The notes under the pieces: model-generated | Databases searched by the model: none | The model's input: the letters and a program-made list of their open reading frames with translations, nothing else | What the model was told of the DNA's origin: nothing | In this document: positions 44,480 through 52,978 of the stretch, piece by piece | How positions within the stretch are numbered: the first letter of the stretch is position 1 | How the letters are laid out: each line of letters starts with the position of its first letter | Source: a virus | IMG/VR virus record: IMGVR_UViG_3300045988_154339 | Direction: 5' to 3' (one strand) | Length of the DNA stretch: 59,570 nt | Program-made: the position numbers and the translations under genes

Positions 44480-45379
44480 TTATTCTTTGTTTTTGATATA
44501 TCGCAGCACGATGTCCGAGTATTTGTCGGCGTACTCAAATTGATTGTTTGTGTAGTCGCCGTATGTTACGCCACAATTTTGCTTGTAAATGCACCAGTTA
44601 TACCAGAGCATTCCTGCAAGAGCGGCGTACCCGTAAATCTTATGTCGAGTATCGTTGTCGATGTCTTTGCGAAAGTAGTTGCTCATGATTGTGTTGAACT
44701 GTTCTCTGCTGTAGTTGCAATATGTCGCCCACATTGCAATGTCAACATGCGGGTCTTGCAAACCTGCGTACTCCCAATCAATGAGGGTCGGTATTCCCGA
44801 GCAACCCGCAAAAATCGCATTGTCGGGATTTGCATCAATTTGGCATAAACAACACTTGCGAGGCAGTCGTTCAATCCAAGCAGCGATTTGCAAGCATCGA
44901 TTGTACACCTCTTCATATTTTACTCGAGGAGTGTGATTGCGAATTTTTGCAAGCTCGCGGTATCTATCGATGTTGGCAGTCAACGAGAAGTACTCGACGT
45001 TCGGTCTAAGCTCAAGTTCGTGAAACTCACGAAGTTTTGTCATGCACGCCATAACGTCGGTTGATTTGTTCGGGTCGCAATTACGAGGGTTTGTGATGTA
45101 CTTCGTAATTTTCATGCCGTCAGGCGAGATGAAAACTGTGAGATTGTCGTACTCGAGATTGTGCAAAAAGTTGTAGACACGATACTCTTGCGCACGATTG
45201 ATGAGCTCTTTTGAACCTTTGCCGGGAAGTCGAACTATGTACTTTTTTGACTTTACGTCAATCAAAATACTCGAATTCGTCATACCTCCTGCAGCATCGT
45301 CACATATACAAATATCTTCGGGTAAACACCAAAGTATACTTGATATGAGCTCGTATTGTGATTTAGTAAACGTAGGCAT
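44480..45379 (-). CDS. licA: Choline/ethanolamine kinase-like (APH fold, LicA-like)
   Basis: Catalytic loop CQIDANPDNAIF (Q in place of the usual H). LIDWEYAGLQDPHVDIAMW. Confidence 0.7.
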   Translation of the reverse strand: MPTFTKSQYELISSILWCLPEDICICDDAAGGMTNSSILIDVKSKKYIVRLPGKGSKELINRAQEYRVYNFLHNLEYDNLTVFISPDGMKITKYITNPRNCDPNKSTDVMACMTKLREFHELELRPNVEYFSLTANIDRYRELAKIRNHTPRVKYEEVYNRCLQIAAWIERLPRKCCLCQIDANPDNAIFAGCSGIPTLIDWEYAGLQDPHVDIAMWATYCNYSREQFNTIMSNYFRKDIDNDTRHKIYGYAALAGMLWYNWCIYKQNCGVTYGDYTNNQFEYADKYSDIVLRYIKNKE

Positions 45380-45397
45380 TGTGATGTTCTCCTGTTT

Positions 45398-45486
45398 ATC
45401 TGGCTTAACTTCTGAGACACTTTAATGAGGGTGTAATAGGAATATTTAGACCTCTCATTAAGTGTCTCAGAAGTAAACCTGTGACT
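45398..45486. repeat. Long-hairpin intergenic element, copy G
   Basis: CTTAACTTCTGAGACACTTTAATGAGGGTGTAATAGGAATATTTAGACCTCTCATTAAGTGTCTCAGAAGTAAACCTGTGAC. About 20-bp near-perfect inner stem. Confidence 0.85.
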
Positions 45487-45926
45487 TAGTTTTGATTGTT
45501 CAGATACTCAAGATGTGTCTTGATTTCGTCGACAATCGCATACGGCGTGTACTCCGAAGTGTTGAACACGAGTATATGATTTTCCGGAACGTCGAAACGT
45601 TCTTTGAGCTCATAAAGCGCAAGCTTAAATGCTTGAGTCATCTCTTCGTATGTGAAGCCCGTGTTCGGTTCGTTCGTGAGTTTGCAACGAATTTCCCAAT
45701 CCTGTTTGTCGACTTCGAGCAACACAAAGAGTGTGTTCTTTGCATAATCTGCGCCGTCCCATTCGATGTTCCGTTTGTAAAGCTTTGCATACGCGATTTG
45801 CGAAATCAAACCGCGTGCTCTGCACAAATACTTTCCGGGTTCGAGATAAAACACATACGGTCTGACAGAGTCTTTGCCGCATTTGTCGATGCCGTCGAGT
45901 TCGATGTTGAAGACTTTAAGTTTCAT
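45486..45926 (-). CDS. dNMP/thymidylate kinase-like P-loop kinase
   Basis: ORF 45486..45953 (TTG). The ATG at 45926 gives MKLKVFNIELDGIDKCGKDS (P-loop). Confidence 0.55.
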   Translation of the reverse strand: MKLKVFNIELDGIDKCGKDSVRPYVFYLEPGKYLCRARGLISQIAYAKLYKRNIEWDGADYAKNTLFVLLEVDKQDWEIRCKLTNEPNTGFTYEEMTQAFKLALYELKERFDVPENHILVFNTSEYTPYAIVDEIKTHLEYLNNQN

Positions 45927-46845
45927 TGAAAATACCCGCCTTCCAACGTTCAATCATCTCTTTTTCGCCCGGGAATAAGAGCTCAAATTCTTCGTTGTCA
46001 TACATACGCATGAGTTCGGCATACCACGCACTCTTTTTGAAGTCGCAAGTACAATTCACGGTTGCCGCCGTAACTTCTTCGTTCGCATCGTTGAAACGCA
46101 TAAACGAGTTGCCGAACACTTTATCTGTGTTCATGCCTTTTTTCTGTTTTGCACCTTGACAGTCACAGCCGGCAAGAATGTCCTTGTAGAACAAATACGT
46201 GAGCTCGTCAATGTCGCCGCTTTCGTAATCTTCTTCGAGTTGTTCAAGCATTCTGTGAAGACACAATCTGTAGACGAGATTGATTTCGTCGCTCAGATTA
46301 TTCTCACAACGCATACCGAACGAGCCACAAAATGTATTGATATCGACGACATACACAAACGATGTGGTCTGTCCGTGAATGAGCATGTAACGAGCGTCCT
46401 GATACGGAATGCCCATGTCGACGAGCTTGTTGTAAAAGTTTTGCGAGGCTTCGCAAAGTTCGATGGCCTCTTTGCGCAGATTTTCGTCCTGCCAGATGTT
46501 GAGCGGAATGATTACGTTGTGCCCAACAGGCTGCGGCATTTGAGATTCGACGTTAAACGCCGCTTTGCGTTGGCGTGTGATTTGCGCAAGACAAACGCGA
46601 GATACATTCTCAATTCTGAACGTCATAAGTGCCTGTTCACGAGGCATAGGCAACGCCTTGAATGCGATGATGTTGCGAATTGCTTCACGAACACGTTTGT
46701 CGTTTACGTCGTATTCGACGTCTTGCAATTCGCGCCAAGTCATTCTGTAGCAGTTCCACGCATGTCTTGCGATATTTTTGTCATAGTCGACAATGCTTAC
46801 GTCGACATCCGAGTAGCCTGCCGAATAAGGTGCGAGATTTTTCAT
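45916..46845 (-). CDS. ThyX-like (flavin-dependent thymidylate synthase fold) protein with degenerate signature
   Basis: FRIENVSRVCLAQITRQRKAAFNVESQM aligns to the ThyX RHRxxSxxxxSxR block, but with H->Q, S->A and R->M. Confidence 0.6.
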   Translation of the reverse strand: MKNLAPYSAGYSDVDVSIVDYDKNIARHAWNCYRMTWRELQDVEYDVNDKRVREAIRNIIAFKALPMPREQALMTFRIENVSRVCLAQITRQRKAAFNVESQMPQPVGHNVIIPLNIWQDENLRKEAIELCEASQNFYNKLVDMGIPYQDARYMLIHGQTTSFVYVVDINTFCGSFGMRCENNLSDEINLVYRLCLHRMLEQLEEDYESGDIDELTYLFYKDILAGCDCQGAKQKKGMNTDKVFGNSFMRFNDANEEVTAATVNCTCDFKKSAWYAELMRMYDNEEFELLFPGEKEMIERWKAGIFNET

Positions 46846-47360
46846 TTTTTCATGACCTCCTTAAGTCTTTGCTCGATTGTTTTGAGACGTTCAAGCGTTT
46901 CGTCTTTGATTGTTTCGAATGTTACGTTGCCGAGTTCAATTTCGTTATACGCATACTGCAACACAGACATTGCGTCTGCGTACTTTACGATGAGATTTAC
47001 TGTGTTTTCGCTTTCATCGTTCATCAGTTTTGCGAGTTCCGGAAAATGCTTTTCGAAGTACTTGTCTTCGTAAACTTTGAGCAACGGATAGAGATTGAGC
47101 GCGACCTTTACATCGTATGTGATGTCGTTGAGTTCCGTTTCAGGCATGTCATGCAACAACGATTTGAGAATACATGCAAGCATCGACTCATTATCGAGTT
47201 CAAATCGTTTGCACAATTCGAGTGTAATGAGCGTCGTAAAAAACGAATGCTCCGCGACGCTCTCATCTTTCAGTCGTGTTCTGTGATTGTACCTCGTAAT
47301 GTTCTTGAGCTTGTACATTTCGAGGAGCTTTTCTTTGCTGAAGAATAATTCGTCCATCAT
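46842..47360 (-). CDS. HD-domain 5'-deoxynucleotidase (YfbR-like)
   Basis: ESVAEHSF ... LLHDMPE motifs. Confidence 0.7.
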   Translation of the reverse strand: MMDELFFSKEKLLEMYKLKNITRYNHRTRLKDESVAEHSFFTTLITLELCKRFELDNESMLACILKSLLHDMPETELNDITYDVKVALNLYPLLKVYEDKYFEKHFPELAKLMNDESENTVNLIVKYADAMSVLQYAYNEIELGNVTFETIKDETLERLKTIEQRLKEVMKK

Positions 47361-47797
47361 TCCACCAGCCCATCGAAAGAGTGTACCTGCTTGAACACGT
47401 AAGAGTCTTTATCGACGAGCAAATTTTCAAGCTCATTGATATCTCTTGCAACTCTGCCCGTTTTAGCGAGCATCAAATTGAACGGCTTATCGCCGAGTGT
47501 TTCGCAGTAGTAAATTACGGGCTTTTGCTTTGCGTACGCATAACCGCATTCCCAAAGCGTGCCCATGTCTTTGTAGTCGGTGATTGCAACAACCAAGTCC
47601 GCCTCGTCAATCGCCTTGCAATTGTTGAGCAAGACCTGAGTCATGTGGTCGGTCTCTTTACCGACTTTGAAGTCTCCACCAGCGGTTCTGGGATTGAAGA
47701 CCTCGAGATTTTTGCGACGTTCGAGGAAGTTTCCTATGCGAGTATGTTCTTCTTCCTGAGCCGGACTGAACCAGCCGCCTGCAAAATAGATTTTCAT
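47357..47797 (-). CDS. Nucleoside 2-deoxyribosyltransferase-like protein
   Basis: MKIYFAGGWFSP ... DMGTLWECGYAYAKQKPVIYY. Confidence 0.7.
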   Translation of the reverse strand: MKIYFAGGWFSPAQEEEHTRIGNFLERRKNLEVFNPRTAGGDFKVGKETDHMTQVLLNNCKAIDEADLVVAITDYKDMGTLWECGYAYAKQKPVIYYCETLGDKPFNLMLAKTGRVARDINELENLLVDKDSYVFKQVHSFDGLVE

Positions 47798-48099
47798 TTT
47801 GTCTCCTCCTTATTGAAAATGCCTGCCTTATAAAGCGCAAACACAGCCATCGCAACACAAGCTATTGTGATAATGAGAAACACGACACCGAATATCGTGC
47901 TTGTCGAAATCGCGGACTCAAGTGCGACATGATTTGTTTGATACTCATACGTCCCTTTTACGAGTGCATCAAGCTGACTCACTTTCGAGGCACGAATGAC
48001 GAAACAAACGATTGTTACGATGAGTCCGATGAGTCCACCGATGCCGAACATCGAGCCAATCTTCAACCGTTTTTTCTGCTCTTGATTGAGTTCTTTCAT
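47794..48099 (-). CDS. Membrane protein (2 TM helices)
   Basis: 101 aa, AAAGGAGAA RBS, two hydrophobic helices. Confidence 0.5.
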   Translation of the reverse strand: MKELNQEQKKRLKIGSMFGIGGLIGLIVTIVCFVIRASKVSQLDALVKGTYEYQTNHVALESAISTSTIFGVVFLIITIACVAMAVFALYKAGIFNKEETK

Positions 48100-48112
48100 G
48101 ATTTGTTCTCCT

Positions 48113-49006
48113 TTATCTTAAATGTGAATACATGTACTTGAGGTACCTGTAGTCATTGTTCATCCACTTTCGCAAGTGGTCTTCGTCTTTGCTCTGAAAA
48201 TACGGCGACGTTTCGAACAACTGTCTTATCATATCTTCGTCCGTCGTCACGTTCTCGTAAAGCATTGCAACGATTTGATAATCTCGTTCGCTCTCATCTC
48301 GTCCTGCGCCCGGAGCTTTCGAGAACCACAAAGACTGGAATTTTGAGTTTGTAATGTAGAGTCGAGCAGTTTTATTGACCGCCTCCTCAAAGTCGATGTT
48401 GTCATCTGCTACAAGCGATTGGGTTTGAGGCTTTGGCGGGCGAACCATAAAGCGTTCGAGGAATTGATTGAGCGCAACATCTGTGCCTGCAGTGTGTTGT
48501 ATCGGATTGTTGCTTATGTAACGACCGGTTACAGTCACAAATCGATTTGACTTTGACGGCTGATAGTATTCAATGTCGATCTTCGAATTTTTGATGTAGT
48601 ATGTGTCAGTGTAATTCTCAATCAAATCATGCAAGAAAAGTACTCGCATTCCTTTGCCCGAAAAGCTAAACTCACAATACGCTACGTCTTCGAATAAGTC
48701 CAACACTTCACGTCCTCGTTCATCGATTGTGTCAAAATTGAACGGTTCTGCAAAGCAACCATCAACGTCTATCGCACACACTTTACTTGCTTGAATTGAG
48801 ATGCCGATGCCGACAATTCTTTTTCGAGTCAACATAGGCGACTCCATCAATTCCTCAAGCTTTACAAAGTCTGTCACAACATCAGTTCTTGCTTCGAAAC
48901 CGTCCGGTTTGTATGGAATTTTCGAACGGTTTACGAAGCAATATCTGAAGTCGTAGTTAACGAGCTCGCAATTGACTATCGACTCTAATGTATCGATAGC
49001 ACTCAT
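48113..49006 (-). CDS. Primase, archaeo-eukaryotic (AEP/prim-pol) type with PriCT-like C-terminus
   Basis: CAIDVDGC (DxD), SFSGKGMRVLF, C-terminal SERDYQIVAMLYENVTTDEDMIRQLFETSPYF. Confidence 0.6.
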   Translation of the reverse strand: MSAIDTLESIVNCELVNYDFRYCFVNRSKIPYKPDGFEARTDVVTDFVKLEELMESPMLTRKRIVGIGISIQASKVCAIDVDGCFAEPFNFDTIDERGREVLDLFEDVAYCEFSFSGKGMRVLFLHDLIENYTDTYYIKNSKIDIEYYQPSKSNRFVTVTGRYISNNPIQHTAGTDVALNQFLERFMVRPPKPQTQSLVADDNIDFEEAVNKTARLYITNSKFQSLWFSKAPGAGRDESERDYQIVAMLYENVTTDEDMIRQLFETSPYFQSKDEDHLRKWMNNDYRYLKYMYSHLR

Positions 49007-49009
49007 GCG

Positions 49010-49564
49010 TTACACCTTCAATCCGAGCTTTGCCGCGGCTGCCCAGCTGACGAAGTTGACCCATGCACTTTCGGTGCCGTCGTCTTTTGTCGAAACGTCG
49101 TTGTGCACGTAGATGTTCATGCCGGTAAGAACCTCGAGCGCGTCTTCGATGAGTTCGGAGTTCGTAAAGTACTCCTTCGTCAGAAGAGGAACGCCGGGTT
49201 CGTCGCCCTCGAATTTGAGCATGTCTGCAACAAAGCGCCGTACGGAGTTCTCGTCGCTGAACGGGAAGTACTTGAAAATCGTGCGATTTTTCGTACCCTT
49301 GAGCGTAACCGGCGTCGGTCTCGATTTTGCGTCGAACGTAAAGTCCGTGCCGTCTTCGACGACTTTGAGCTGGAATGCGACCATAAGCTTTCCGCTCGAT
49401 TTGCTCGGTTTGAGCTCCGCTTTCTTGACTTCACAGAGATAATACCCGTTTTTGAGCTGCGCGAAGCCGGAACTTTCGGCGCTTACGTCTTTAATGTCGG
49501 ATGCGCCGAGCAGTTCGTCGAGTTGATTGAACAGGTTCTTCATGTCTTTTTCGTTGTTTGCCAT
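49010..49564 (-). CDS. DUF669-like putative ssDNA-binding protein
   Basis: 184 aa directly downstream of the Sak4-like ATPase, as in known Sak4 modules. No search done. Confidence 0.4.
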   Translation of the reverse strand: MANNEKDMKNLFNQLDELLGASDIKDVSAESSGFAQLKNGYYLCEVKKAELKPSKSSGKLMVAFQLKVVEDGTDFTFDAKSRPTPVTLKGTKNRTIFKYFPFSDENSVRRFVADMLKFEGDEPGVPLLTKEYFTNSELIEDALEVLTGMNIYVHNDVSTKDDGTESAWVNFVSWAAAAKLGLKV

Positions 49565-49576
49565 TTTGAGTTCTCC

Positions 49577-50704
49577 TTATTTTTTCGCCTTCATTGCGGC
49601 TAATTTTGCTTTGATTGCTGCAAGCTTATCATCCGGCTGAACCGTGACTGTTTCCTGTGCAGACTCTGCAGCGGGAGTCTGAGGAATGTTGTTGTCTTCG
49701 TAAGGTGCGTTTTCACTTACCTTTACTTCAACATCGGGCTGAGTTGTGACATCGCCCGTAGCGACCGGCGTTTCCTGTTTCGGTGCAGGCTGAGGTTCTG
49801 CAACAGGTGCCGCCTGTGTTGCGTTGTCGAGGTTTGCTTTTTTCGCCTTAAGCGCCGCAAGCTTTGCTTTCATATCAAGCGATGCTGCGGTTTCGGGCGC
49901 AGAAGTTTCTTCGGGTTTTGTCTCTTCGGCAGGTGCGGGAGCAGGTGCAGGTTCTGCTTTTGCGGGTTTCTGTTTTGTCTGAGCAGGTGCGGAAGTTTTT
50001 GCCGGCGCCGGAATGTCGAGATTGAGTTTGATTGCTCTTGCGAATTCGTCGAAATCGAGCGGAATATCATGAGGAATTACATTTTCATCGACTCCTCTGA
50101 TAATTCCGAACTCGTTCTCTTTCGGAACGAGCGAGAGGAAGCGTTTTTTCGTGATTTTTCCGTCGGGCTCTTCTTCCGCTGCCGTATAACATCTCAGGCA
50201 GTAACGAACTCTGCCTTCAATCATGTCGAGCACTTTGTCCGGAATACGCGAGCTGGGCGCATAACGAGTATGCTCAACACCGCGGCGGTCTTTCGTTGTG
50301 AACGTAATGCCGTGGCAAATGAGAATGACGTGCTTGTCCATCGAAAGCAGCTTCGAGATGGTGATGAAGAACTCGTTCCTCGTTGCGTCGTACGCTTTGC
50401 CGTAACCAACGTCCGAGACATGCTCGATTTTGTTACGAACACAGTACTCCTGCTCGCACCATTTGAAGCCGTCTTCGAGCAAGTCAACCACAACGGTTTC
50501 GTAACCGTCAAAGTCGGACTCCAAAACGTCCTTCATGTCGGCCCAGGACGATACATTTTTATGCGCGTTCGGGTCTGCACCGAACTCGTCCAGCCATTCA
50601 TAGTTCCCGTCTGTGCAGACGAAGAACGGTTTCGGCGCTTTCAAGGCAAACACAGACTTGCCTACGCCGGGCTCTCCGTAGAGAAGCATCTTGATACGTT
50701 TCAT
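49577..50704 (-). CDS. AAA_24 / Sak4-like recombination ATPase with low-complexity C-terminal tail
   Basis: Walker A LLYGEPGVGKS. Core of about 220 aa, then a P/A/E/T/K-rich tail with two KAKLAA(L/M)KAKK motifs. Confidence 0.65.
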   Translation of the reverse strand: MKRIKMLLYGEPGVGKSVFALKAPKPFFVCTDGNYEWLDEFGADPNAHKNVSSWADMKDVLESDFDGYETVVVDLLEDGFKWCEQEYCVRNKIEHVSDVGYGKAYDATRNEFFITISKLLSMDKHVILICHGITFTTKDRRGVEHTRYAPSSRIPDKVLDMIEGRVRYCLRCYTAAEEEPDGKITKKRFLSLVPKENEFGIIRGVDENVIPHDIPLDFDEFARAIKLNLDIPAPAKTSAPAQTKQKPAKAEPAPAPAPAEETKPEETSAPETAASLDMKAKLAALKAKKANLDNATQAAPVAEPQPAPKQETPVATGDVTTQPDVEVKVSENAPYEDNNIPQTPAAESAQETVTVQPDDKLAAIKAKLAAMKAKK

Positions 50705-50724
50705 ATAGGTTCTCCTTTATCTTA

Positions 50725-51087
50725 TTATTTGTTGAGTAATGTCAACACATGCTCTTCGTCTATCGGTTGATAGGTGATGCGCAAGATGTTGAGCGCGTTT
50801 TGGATGTCCGTCAACGAATACTTTTTGCGAGCATCGTTGGCTTGAAAGCGTTCGAACATTTCGATTGCAACGACGTTGTACGTGATTTTACGAACGCGCT
50901 TGATGTTGATGCTGAACTTTTCGTTCTTCGGATGATACGTGATACGAGCTCTGTTCGTACACCGAACGCACACATTGTCGCCGTCAATCCAAAATTCATA
51001 CTTCGCGTTCATGAACGAAAGTTCGTCTTTGCTCAAAGCTCGACAGTTATTCGCCAGCGGAAGCTTCGGTTTCGGTTTCCGTGCCAT
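50725..51087 (-). CDS. Hypothetical protein
   Basis: 120 aa. AAGGAGG lies 8 nt upstream of the ATG. Confidence 0.5.
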   Translation of the reverse strand: MARKPKPKLPLANNCRALSKDELSFMNAKYEFWIDGDNVCVRCTNRARITYHPKNEKFSINIKRVRKITYNVVAIEMFERFQANDARKKYSLTDIQNALNILRITYQPIDEEHVLTLLNK

Positions 51088-52315
51088 CGTTTTCTACCTC
51101 CTTTTCTTGATTGAATGAGTACAATGGATTGTCGTACTTTTCATTGACGTTCACGCAGCCGAACGCCTTAATAACCTTTTGCTTCATATTAAGCGTCTTG
51201 AGATAAAGCAAAATCAAGTCGTCGTCGATGTAGTATCGCGAACGAAGATATTCAACGAATTGCATGAGTGTTGTTTCGTCCGCGATTTTGTCCTTAAAAT
51301 ACTCGATGTACAAGGGTTCGAACAATGAATATTTATTCAGAACTTTTGCATAATCTGCATCGGCACATCTCATATCGAGTTCAATGCAATCACGCTTGTC
51401 ACTGAATAATTTTTCATCTTCGTCCCAGACAAAATCGGTGATAGCGTACAACACGTACGCATTCGGCGTGTGATAGAATATGTCGTAGAAGTCCGACTTA
51501 CCGTACGACGTCTTTGCGTTTGAGAAGTTGATGAAGAACAATTTGTTATCGACGATTGTCTGAGCCGCGTCCGCCATAACTGATAAGTTCTCGATGTACG
51601 AGTTGAGCAAACGTTCGTCGATGTCTTTCTTTGGAAACTCGTGATAGTTCACGTAATTCTCCGTGTTGATTTCATACTCGAACTTCATTCGATTGAAGAA
51701 CTCGGACTCGTTCTCCATTTTCTTTTGACGTATCGCCGTCTTCTTGATGTTGATGATGCCGACCTTTACGACCGGAACGTCCGGAAACTCGGACTGCAAC
51801 ATGAAGATGTAGCGATAAATCTGGTCAAGATAACCGTCCCAGTCAGGTTCATACGTCGATGTTTTGTAGTCGATTACGACGAACCCTTTGTTTGTGAGCA
51901 ACAACAGGTCGACTATGCCCACAAAATCGTGATGGTCCTGATTTTGCAAGAACGACTTGAGCTTGCCCGTCACGTAAAGCTCATGCGTTTCGTCTTCCAA
52001 AACGAGCTTTTCGTCCGGATTGTCGGGGTCGACAAGAATTTGTTCGAATATCTCGTCTTTGTGCTTGAGATACCCGTACACCATCGCTTCCGACAAGAGC
52101 TGCTCTCTTGTGTATGTGTCGCCCTGCTTGAAGGTGCCTTGTTCTTTGAAGTACGAGCTTAAGTCGCATGTGTTGTGTTCGATGCCCCAATGAACTGCTG
52201 AGCCAATACTCAGAGCAGGCTTTTCGACTTTCGTCCAAATGCCAAGCTCGTAAGTAAGTCGATAGCTCATAGGACAAGACATTATCTTTGCGAGTTTTGA
52301 GTGTGAAAGTTTCAT
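51047..52315 (-). CDS. PD-(D/E)XK (RecB/Cas4-like) nuclease
   Basis: GIVDLLLL..GFVVIDYKTS (D...D/ExK) and QIYRY (QhxxY). Confidence 0.6.
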   Translation of the reverse strand: MKLSHSKLAKIMSCPMSYRLTYELGIWTKVEKPALSIGSAVHWGIEHNTCDLSSYFKEQGTFKQGDTYTREQLLSEAMVYGYLKHKDEIFEQILVDPDNPDEKLVLEDETHELYVTGKLKSFLQNQDHHDFVGIVDLLLLTNKGFVVIDYKTSTYEPDWDGYLDQIYRYIFMLQSEFPDVPVVKVGIINIKKTAIRQKKMENESEFFNRMKFEYEINTENYVNYHEFPKKDIDERLLNSYIENLSVMADAAQTIVDNKLFFINFSNAKTSYGKSDFYDIFYHTPNAYVLYAITDFVWDEDEKLFSDKRDCIELDMRCADADYAKVLNKYSLFEPLYIEYFKDKIADETTLMQFVEYLRSRYYIDDDLILLYLKTLNMKQKVIKAFGCVNVNEKYDNPLYSFNQEKEVENDGTETETEASAGE

Positions 52316-52956
52316 ACGATCTGCACCACGCCTTCAAGTTCGAGTTCGTCGATTGTCTTCCAGTTTGTCGAAATGCAAAGCTCCTCGTCGTCATGATAAT
52401 CGACAACGAACTTCACAGTCTTGTTTTCATCGAACCTCGAACGAATATTCATTTTTGCGAAGTATTCGTTGATGAACGCAACACAAGACTTGTTGTCGCC
52501 TTCAAAGAGCTCAAGCTCGTTGATGTCGGCGCCCTCTTGAACGCCTGCTGCGATTTTGAGAGCACGAGAACGGCTTGTCACGGAACTTGTAGTCTTTTCT
52601 TTCTTTTCTTTGGGTTGAGACGCAATGTTAATTTGCACCTCGGAGAAAAGCTTTTCGGTCCTGACGAACTTGCCGTCCTTTTGTTTCTGCCACCAGGTTA
52701 CGTCGTTTGTATCAACAATAAGCGCCGCATCTTCGCAAGCAAACGAACATATGTCGTTCGGTTTGCTCTCAAAAATCTCGGCAAGCTCTTTCGTTTCAAG
52801 CAACGCCCTGAGCTGATTGTAGGGAACGCACTCATCGATATCATCGACGACGATATGTACGAGTTCGTTCTCCGTTTTGATGTACGAACAGAATTCGTTG
52901 AAACGCTTTTGCGTGAACTTACCGCCCGTAGCATCAATCGTGTAGATGTCTGCCAT
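52312..52956 (-). CDS. Hypothetical protein
   Basis: 214 aa, first gene after promoter P4. Confidence 0.5.
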   Translation of the reverse strand: MADIYTIDATGGKFTQKRFNEFCSYIKTENELVHIVVDDIDECVPYNQLRALLETKELAEIFESKPNDICSFACEDAALIVDTNDVTWWQKQKDGKFVRTEKLFSEVQINIASQPKEKKEKTTSSVTSRSRALKIAAGVQEGADINELELFEGDNKSCVAFINEYFAKMNIRSRFDENKTVKFVVDYHDDEELCISTNWKTIDELELEGVVQIV

Positions 52957-52978
52957 TTGTATGGTCCTCCTTGTTTTA

